From Octopus vulgaris (lineage: Eukaryota), in assembly GCA_951406725.2 (NCBI GenBank), contig OX597819.1:39184001-39248000 (forward strand): DNA of 64,000 nt. Reading direction: 5' to 3'. This document shows, piece after piece, positions 54,335 to 64,000 of the stretch (its first letter is position 1; every line of letters begins with the position of its first letter). The position numbers and the translations under genes are program-made. The notes under the pieces were generated by a model that did not search any database, had not been told where the DNA came from, and saw only the letters and a program-made list of their open reading frames with translations.

Positions 54335-54560
54335 TGAGCTGGCAGAAATGTTAGCACGCCAGGCGAAATGCGTAGCCGTATTTCGTCTGTCGTTACGTTC
54401 CGAGTTCAAATTCCACCGAGGTCGACTTTACCTGTCATCCTTTCGGGGTCGATAAATTAAGTACCTGTCAAAAACTGAGGTCGATGTAATTGACTTAATC
54501 CCTTTGTCTGTCCTTATTTGTCCCCTCTGTGTTTAGCCCCTTGTGGGTAATAAAGAAATA
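54335..54560 (+). mobile_element. SINE family B monomer with tail 1 (Tx1-like tail)
   Basis: GAGCTGGCAGAAATG head; tail TTTGTCTGTCCTTATTTGTCCCCTCTGTGTTTAGCCCC. Confidence 0.85.
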
Positions 54561-55284
54561 TATATATATACATGTATGAATGATCTAAGGGGAACAACTC
54601 TTGACAACCAGATTTCTCTTAACAGTGAACGCTATAGTCTGTTTACTCTCGATGAGCTGGCAAAATTGTTAGACAATTGTTATGACAAAATGCTTTGCAG
54701 AGCATTTGTTTCAGCTATTTATGAACACAATTCAAACTATGTTGAAGTCAACTTTACCTTTCATGCTTTTGGGTTTGGTAAAATAAACATCAATCAAGAC
54801 ACACAGACGTCGATATAATCAATTGGTCTTCTCTCTAAAATATTTACACCTACAATATATAATTTCAGGCTCTGATCATCATCTCATTTCATAGGACTGG
54901 CTACGGACAGTATGAACCAATCTAACTTAAAATCTATATTGTTGTCTTTAAGACGCCAAACTAATTTACTTAGCCCTGTGCTATGTCGTTTTTTGTCCGT
55001 AGCCTTTCCTTACGATAAGGGCAAGAGATTTTGTAACATTTCCAACTCTGAACTCTTCCATATTCTCTTCTCGAAGAATCCCCTTGTAAACACACTCATA
55101 GAGAGATCGTACAAATGTAAACACTGGCAGAAACATACATTTTACTCATATAAGTGATTTCGCTAGTCATTGCAATTTGAACAATTAGTTTAACTTGCAC
55201 TTCAATTCAATAGGGGAATTTTTTCCTAAGCCTTTGAATATTCTTTTAATCAACGTATCCCTCCCACTCTATTTGTTCCCTAAT

Positions 55285-55567
55285 TACTATCCCTTTAACC
55301 CTTCTCCTCCTTCCATCTGCCTTTGACGTCAAATCTACTAACGGTTTTTTTAAACACTTAATAACGTTCTGTTTATCATGTAGGCAACCATCGTAAATGT
55401 TATAATGTCTTGCTGTTGAGAGAGGCTCTCTTTCTTACCTGGAGAGAAGATTGCATCTTACACCGTTTATTCCTTTGGAATAAAACCATGCTGTCTTCGA
55501 AACATATGTCGAAAGTAAAAATAATTTATTAACATCTTCGTTCAACTCCATTTATTTATTTATTCAT
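55285..55567 (+). mobile_element. second copy of the 30143 family; hammerhead at 55434-55515 with mutated core
   Basis: CTGGAGA-GAAGA..TCTTC-GAAA-CATATG-TC-GAAAG; 3' end abuts the microsatellite. Confidence 0.75.
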
Positions 55568-55569
55568 AT

Positions 55570-56885
<1,316 letters not shown>

Positions 56886-57231
56886 TACCTATACACATAT
56901 GTATACATATATACACACACACACACACACATATACATACACACATACATACACACACACACATACATACATATATCTACACACACATATATATATATAT
57001 ATCTATATATACATATATATATATATATACATACACACATATACATATGCATACACATATACACACATGTATATATACACACACGACCACACATACATAT
57101 ACACACAAAAAAATATATACATACACACACATACACATACACGCATACACACACATATATATCCACATACACACATGCACACACAACACACAAGTCCCTA
57201 TATACACATATATACACATACACACATATAC

Positions 57232-57279
<48 letters not shown>

Positions 57280-57780
57280 GTGTACCTATACATACCTACA
57301 CATACACACATATATACATACAAATACAGACCCATTCCCTAATTTTAATTTTATTATCTTCATTTATTACTTTTGTTATCTTTGACCGCTGGTCACAAGC
57401 ATCTTGGCTATGACAGCAAGTCCATTTATCTTTCTACTTGAAAACAAGCACTCATTCACGCACGCACACTCACTCATTCGTACACTCATACACATACACG
57501 CAAGCACGCGTTATATTCATACATACATACATCTACATACATTCACGTATATACACATACACATGTACATGCGTACCCATACACACACACACGCGCGCAT
57601 CCATATATACACATAAGTACACACATGCGTAAAAGTATACATATATCTATGCTTACACATACACACACACACACGCGCGCCTTCTTATTCATACATGCAT
57701 ACTCAAAAAATAAATAATAAATATTAAGTATATGTACGTGCAGTTACCTATTATACAGACGGATACATACATATAAACTT

Positions 57781-57829
<49 letters not shown>

Positions 57830-58011
57830 CATACTTACACATATGTACATATACATACACACATACATAACTCTACGTACCTACATATACATAAACACAC
57901 GAGCGTACACGTATATGTACATATACACATACACATACACACACATATATATACATACATACATATACATACACACATATATACATATATATATATACAT
58001 ATATATATCTT

Positions 58012-60336
58012 AAACTTTCATAAACTTAAACTTAAACTTTCATAAAGCCAACTGGAAGTCGATTGAGAAAGAGATCCTCAAACAGGATTGGCCTGAATGT
58101 CTCTCCACACCGGACATAAACATGAAACACAAACACTTCATGTCCATAATACAAGCCATATGTGACAAATATGTCCCAATGTGCAGGGCCAGCACACACA
58201 AGAATAAAAACAGGATCCCTAGAGAAAGGAGGATTCTTATGAGACGACGGACAAGGATTGCAAACCGCCTGAGCAAGCACACCAAAAGTGGTGAGAAGTC
58301 TCGGCTCGAAAGAATGCTAATGGAAACTGAGAAAAGTCTACATCAGTCCCATGAAAAGGAGAGAGCAGATAAAGAAGCTTGGGTAATAGAAAATATAAAA
58401 TCAAACCCTAAAGCTTTCTTTAAGTTTGCCAAAGAGACAGCCACAGTGCACCAGAGAATAGGACCTCTCTTCCAAAAAGATGGCTCTCTCACAGGAAATC
58501 CCACGAGGATAAGTGAAATACTGAACGAACAGTTCCAAAGTGTGTTCACTACACCTCTAGGACACAGGCAAGTAAACAACCCAGAAGAATTCTTTGCCAC
58601 TTTACCTGCGGCCAAAGAGACAAAAATTGAGTACATCAACATCGAAGATGATGATATCACACTAGCCATTGATGAGATTGACACAAACTCAGCTGCTGGA
58701 CCTGATGGATTCCCAGCGATCCTTCTCAAATCGTGCAAACGAGCCCTTGCAAAACCGCTACAGCTTCTTTTTCAGAGCTTTCTTGCAAGTGGTAAGCTCC
58801 CAGTCAAACTGAAAGAGGGGTAATATGCCCTATCCATAAGGGAGGTAGCAGAGCAGATGCTAAAAATTATAGGCCTATCTCTCTGACCTCACACATCAGC
58901 AAAGTCATGGAACGAATAGTCCGTAAGAAACTAATCATGTTCCTTGAAGAAAATGACTTACTGTCTGACACCCAGCATGGATTTCGACCAGGTAGAGGCT
59001 GCCTAACACAGCTCCTGCAACACTATGACTGGGTGTTGAAACAGCTACTAAATGGCTCAAATGTGGATGTAATATATCTTGACTTTGCAAAAGCCTTTGA
59101 TAAAGTCGACCATGGTATGATCTGTCACAAACTGCGTGGTCTCGGCATAGGCGGGAAACTTGGAGAGTGGCTGCACAACTTCCTAAAAGACAGAAAACAG
59201 GCAGTTGTGAGCAATGGAGCCACCTCCAGGGAAACGCAAATAACAAGCGGTGTCCCACAGGGCACTGTCTTGGGGCCACTGATGTTCATAGTGGCCCTTT
59301 CAGACATGCCTTCAGTTGCTACAATGACCACCCTTGCTAGCTATGCAGATGACACAAAAGTCTCCCACGCAATACAAAACCCTGAAAATATTGCGCATCT
59401 GCAACATGAGCTGGACACAATATACAGGTGGGCTGAGGACAACAACATGCAGTTTAATGCAGGTAAGTTCCAGGCCCTGCGCTACTGGCACACAAAGGTA
59501 AATGACGTGAAGACTGGATACACTGGCCCAGGAAGAATTGCAATCCCTGAGTCAAAATCAGTGCGTGACCTGGGCATTGACATGAGCAATGATGCATCTT
59601 TCCAAATGCATATTGCTAATCTGGTGATAAAATGCAGACGGCTAGCTGGATGGATTCTCCGAACTTTCAGAACAAGAGAGAAGGAGACACTGATGGTCCT
59701 ATGGAAAACATTTGTCCTCAGCCGCTTGGACTACTGCTCCCAACTTTGGTCACCACACAATATAAAACAAACAGCAGAACTCGAAGCAACTCAGAGAAGC
59801 TACACAAAGAAAATCGTCTCAATGCAAAATGTCAGCTACTGGGAAAGACTGAAGGTATTAAACCTCTTCTCCCTGGAGCGGAGGCGGGAGAGATATGCAG
59901 TGATATACATCTGGAAAATCCTGGAGGGTCTTGTCCCAAACTTTGGCATTCAAAGTTACTCCAACCGCAGAACGGGGCGCCGCTGCGTGGTGCCAAGGAT
60001 TCCAACATCACCATCAAAATACAGGTCCAGATACTGCAACAGCTTGGGTTTCAGAGGACCACAGCTCTTTAACATCCTCCCTAAATGCCTGAGAGACTTA
60101 CATGGTGTGGATGTGGGTTTCTTTAAAACTAAACTGGATCTCTTCTTGTTGGGAGTCCCAGATGAACCTACCTCACGACAGGAGACACGGATGCGGGCAG
60201 CAGCATCGAACTCCCTTGTTGATCAAGTGCCACGTATCAGAGGTGGATTCACAAACTAGTGTAGCTCATTCAGCGGTGGTGCCCCAGCATGGCCGCGGCC
60301 TTGGGGCTAAAACATTTTTAAGGATTTAAGGATTTA
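58012..60336 (+). pseudogene. 5'-truncated CR1-group LINE (RT nearly intact)
   Basis: AAGPDGFP, NYRPISLTS, QHGFRPGR, YLDFAKAFDKVDH, SGVPQGTVLGP, YADD, SLERRRERY; one frameshift near 58820; (AAGGATTT)n tail. Confidence 0.95.
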
Positions 60337-60401
60337 TATCTATATATATACACACATACACACATATATATACATACATATACATACACACACATACACA
60401 T

Positions 60402-60486
<85 letters not shown>

Positions 60487-60552
60487 GGTCCCGGGTTGAT
60501 TCGGGGTTAACCACAGTAAATAAGGTACTCAATACATAGCAGAGTAAAATTA

Positions 60553-60678
60553 ATTTATTATATAGAAGGAGCTTCTACAGGACTAGAACTGTTTCATTCA
60601 AGAGAAATCTTCAGGAAGCTTCCTGAAGATTTCTCTTGAATGAAACAGTTCTAGTCCTGTAGAAGCTCCTTCTATATA

Positions 60679-60684
<6 letters not shown>
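60553..60684. repeat. perfect 132-bp spacerless palindrome
   Basis: Centre AAG|CTT at 60618/60619; the arms are exact reverse complements. Confidence 0.92.
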
Positions 60685-60714
<30 letters not shown>

Positions 60715-60737
60715 TTATATATATACATATATATACA

Positions 60738-60778
<41 letters not shown>

Positions 60779-62172
60779 CTTACTGGATTGTCAGATAAAT
60801 TAGTTTGTTTTTGTTTTTATCTTCCCTTTATTTTTTTATCCTCTCCAATTTAATTTGAATTAACACAAAATTATTTTTATCCTTTTTCTTCGTCTTTGTC
60901 GGTCTATTCTACGTCTACAACCTTTGTTTATTAGTTTTGGAATTTGAAGAAATTTTGCCTCATTTCAGATATATAACAGTGGAGTGCCAAAAAGAAAAAT
61001 AAATAACGAATTTACCTGATGACCCCACAAAATCACATTGGAATACTAAATTATAGGTTTTCAGACTATTAACCTCATCTTTATAGATGAAACTTTTAAT
61101 ATTTACGTCAACACTACGTTTCGATTAGTTTAATGTTTGGAAGACATCAGATGTCTTATTGCGTAGATACGTAGATAATACAAATATGCATCTAAATAAC
61201 TTTGAAATGGCATCTATATCGAATAAGAAACATTTAATAATAACGCACAAATCTGTTAGATTAACGGTAAATGTTTCATAGCGTGTAATTTATTTATTTA
61301 TTGCTCAAATGGAAATCGTCATTTTGACACCTCATGAAATACATTTAAATTTAATTGAATCTAACAACGTTGTTTGTTAGTAAATTGCTCTTCCCCGATG
61401 TAGTTGCTTCCGTTTCGACACTCAATCCCATAATCTATTCTCTTGCCAGTCAAGTACAACTTCGAACCTACAACTAAACGGACTAAGGAGAGTTACTGCC
61501 CTTAGTTTAGATAGTAAAGAGCAAAGTTTTTCCATCTCATGTCTGGATAGTTGTCTCTAACACAGCTTGGAATTTGAGAAGGGAACACTCTGTTGTATCG
61601 ACCCCGTAATGCAGGAAAGGTGAAGTTGACACTTACAAGATTTGAACTCAGAATGTAAGTCGCCAAAAGAAATACGGAGATTCTTTTCTCATTCTAATGA
61701 GTCTGTTAATCCATTATCTTACCCCTAGTTTAGATAAAGATTTTAAGTTCAAAATCAATCTGGTGCTCTGTACATACTATGAAATGAGATGATGATCAGA
61801 GCCTGAAATTATATATTGTAGGTGTAAATATTTTAGAGAGAAGAACAATTGATTATATCGACGTCTGTGTGTCTTGATTGGTGTTTATTTTATTGACCCA
61901 AGGGGAATGAAAGTCAACTTCGATGGAATTTGAACAGATATTGATGTAATTATTTCTAAAAATTGTTTTGCATCTAAAGAGACAAATTAATTGAAAAATA
62001 TTGAAAATGAAAGATTGTAAAGAAATTATGATTTTCTTAATCATAGCTCAACTTAGACTTTAAAATTTCAGTGAAAAAAAATCATGTAAAAGTTCTTGGG
62101 GTGAGATATTACTCAAATAATTTAAAACATTCCATACTCACTATTTTTATATATTACAGTAATTTATTCGTA

Positions 62173-62500
62173 AAGGCGCATGGCTCAGTGGTTAAAGCAT
62201 CGGGCTCACAAGCATGAGACAGTGAGTTCGATTTCTGGACCGGATTGTGTGTTGTGTTCTTGAGCAAGACACTCTATTTCACGTTGCTTCAGTTCACTCA
62301 GCTGTAGAAATGGGTTGTGATGTCACTGGTGCCAAACTGTATCGGTCTTTCCCTTGAAAAGCATCGGTGGCGTGAAGAGGGGAGACTGATCTGCATGGGT
62401 GACTGCTGGTCTTCCATAAACAACTTTACCTCGAAGAGGGAACTTTCTAATGCAATTCCATGGTCATTCATGATCGAAAGCTGGTGGTGGTCTTTACTCT
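62173..62500 (+). mobile_element. SINE family C-related copy with a different 3' part
   Basis: GGCGCATGGCTCAGTGG, GAGTTCGATT, GTGTTCTTGAGCAAGACACT. Confidence 0.8.
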
Positions 62501-62932
62501 AAGTACTTTATAATCGTAAGTCCAGGAACTTTTTGATACTACCTCGTATAGCATGTTTTCGATCAGTGGTTCAACCATTTCTTGCTTATGGTCTCCTTTA
62601 ATTCCTATTTTACTCTACTGGACCACCATAGATATGCGATGTTTATATAAAAAAAAATTCTACAATATTTTTATAATTAAATGATATTAGGAATTGCTTT
62701 AAAAAATTAAAATATTTTATTCATTATAGACATATGACAAATTTATTGCACATAAATTTTCACAACAAAATCTTATATGGACCTCGATTTAGAACCACCA
62801 TTTTAGATTCAGGTCATCTTCCATATGTTGTTTCTATATAGTTTACAATATATTTCAGACTCAGGCCATCTTCCATTAGTTACCATCTTTCTATGTATTA
62901 CGTGTCAGTCCCTGATTACCTCCCATACTTAC

Positions 62933-63050
62933 CTTGTTGGTATATTCTACAATATGCTTAAGTCTCTGGTGATCTTCCATACTGACTATGCCACAGTCAA
63001 CTATACCCTTTGCATTCATCCCAACAAGAAAAGAGGTGTTAACAGCACCC
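62933..63050 (-). CDS. putative internal coding exon of an unidentified host gene
   Basis: Pyrimidine-rich ..TCATAG acceptor, consensus AAG|GTAAGT donor, 118 nt open: GAVNTSFLVGMNAKGIVDCGIVSMEDHQRLKHIVEYTNK; non-repetitive. Confidence 0.5.
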
Positions 63051-63600
63051 CTATGACGACATAAAGAGTTGAGAACCCATAAGACAAAACAAATTCCGTA
63101 TAGTAGTGTATAAGTTGATATTCCTGCAGTAGTTTCCACTTGCCTAAAAACAGGATTTGAATGCCACATTAAGTACTTAAACACTTTATCAAGTGCTGCT
63201 CCTCATATAAACTGAGCCAGTAAGAACAGGGTTGATAATGGATGCAGTGTTATCTCAAGTGCAGAACACAAAGAATTTATTGGACTGTCATATGGATGAC
63301 ACCCTATTAATTCATATAGCTGCACAGCTAGTTCACATCACAAAGATCCAGGCATGGCCATTCTAACAAATATAAAGCAATTGTTGAAATATGGTCTACA
63401 CATGCCAAAATTCTGTTGACTTTAATATTAGTTTCAAATTTTAGCACAAGGCCAGCAAGTTCAGAGGAAGGAGTAAATCAACCCCAGTACTAATTTTATT
63501 GACCCTAAAAATATGAAAGGTAATGTCAACTTCGGTGGAATTTGAACTTAGAAAATGGAGACAGACAAAATGCTGCCAGCTCACTGCTTTCTGTTCACTT

Positions 63601-63661
63601 TAATCCTTAAAATCCTTTAAAATGTTTTAGCCCGAAGGCTGCAGCCATGCTGGGGCACCAC
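63601..63661 (-). mobile_element. ~60-bp 3'-terminal copy of the CR1-group LINE
   Basis: GTGGTGCCCCAGCATGGCTGCAGCCTTCGGGCTAAAACATTTTAAAGGATTTTAAGGAT matches 60276-60335. Confidence 0.85.
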
Positions 63662-64000
63662 AAAATTTTGTAGATGATTTGGAATATTGGATGTATAGTT
63701 TGGAATATTGGATATATGATTTCTTTTGACAAAGAAACAGGCATAGTTGTATAGTTAAGAAGTTCGCTCTGTAATATGTTTTAGAATTTGAGAGATTAAA
63801 ATCTGTGAGTGACGGTTTAGTAAATGGAAACTGGATGGAAACCAATTAGAGAAAGTTTGTCCTTAGGTAGATAAATTTATTACCTCAATTTAATGTTATT
63901 AGACAGACCTTAGTGTGACATTAGTGAACTCCAGCCTGCATGCAAGCACTCAGGCCAGACATCTGGGGAGTATAACTTGTTCCTTTCCTCTTACCAGTCT

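Noticed and set aside
61110-61155. Minus-strand CTGATGT..GAAACGTA hammerhead-like string
   Set aside because: No credible stem II and A9 missing; may be a decayed copy but cannot be supported

Overview
AT-rich animal (eukaryotic) genomic DNA, almost all intronic or intergenic. The SINE types, (TA/CA/TAA)n density and TTAGGG repeats suggest a mollusc, probably an octopus (inference). Most ORFs in the track are microsatellite artefacts. The real coding remnants are transposons: a near-full-length Tx1/L1-clade LINE with a 15-bp TSD (43.6-49.3 kb), a 5'-truncated CR1-group LINE (58.0-60.3 kb), an R4/Dong-type LINE in (TAA)n, Penelope-like (PLE) RT/GIY-YIG relics, several Tc1/mariner copies, a hAT relic, Merlin-like MITEs, a Helitron-like element and three tRNA-derived SINE families. 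There is one plausible host exon (62933-63050, minus strand). The most notable signal lies outside the ORF track: about 14 loci with type-I hammerhead-ribozyme-like motifs (roughly half with near-complete folds) from several unrelated short element families. They usually abut (TA)n tracts and often carry inverted partial duplications, as expected of PLE pseudo-LTR/retrozyme-like elements. Both LINE 3' ends match SINE tails in the window. All folds and alignments were done by eye and nothing was searched.
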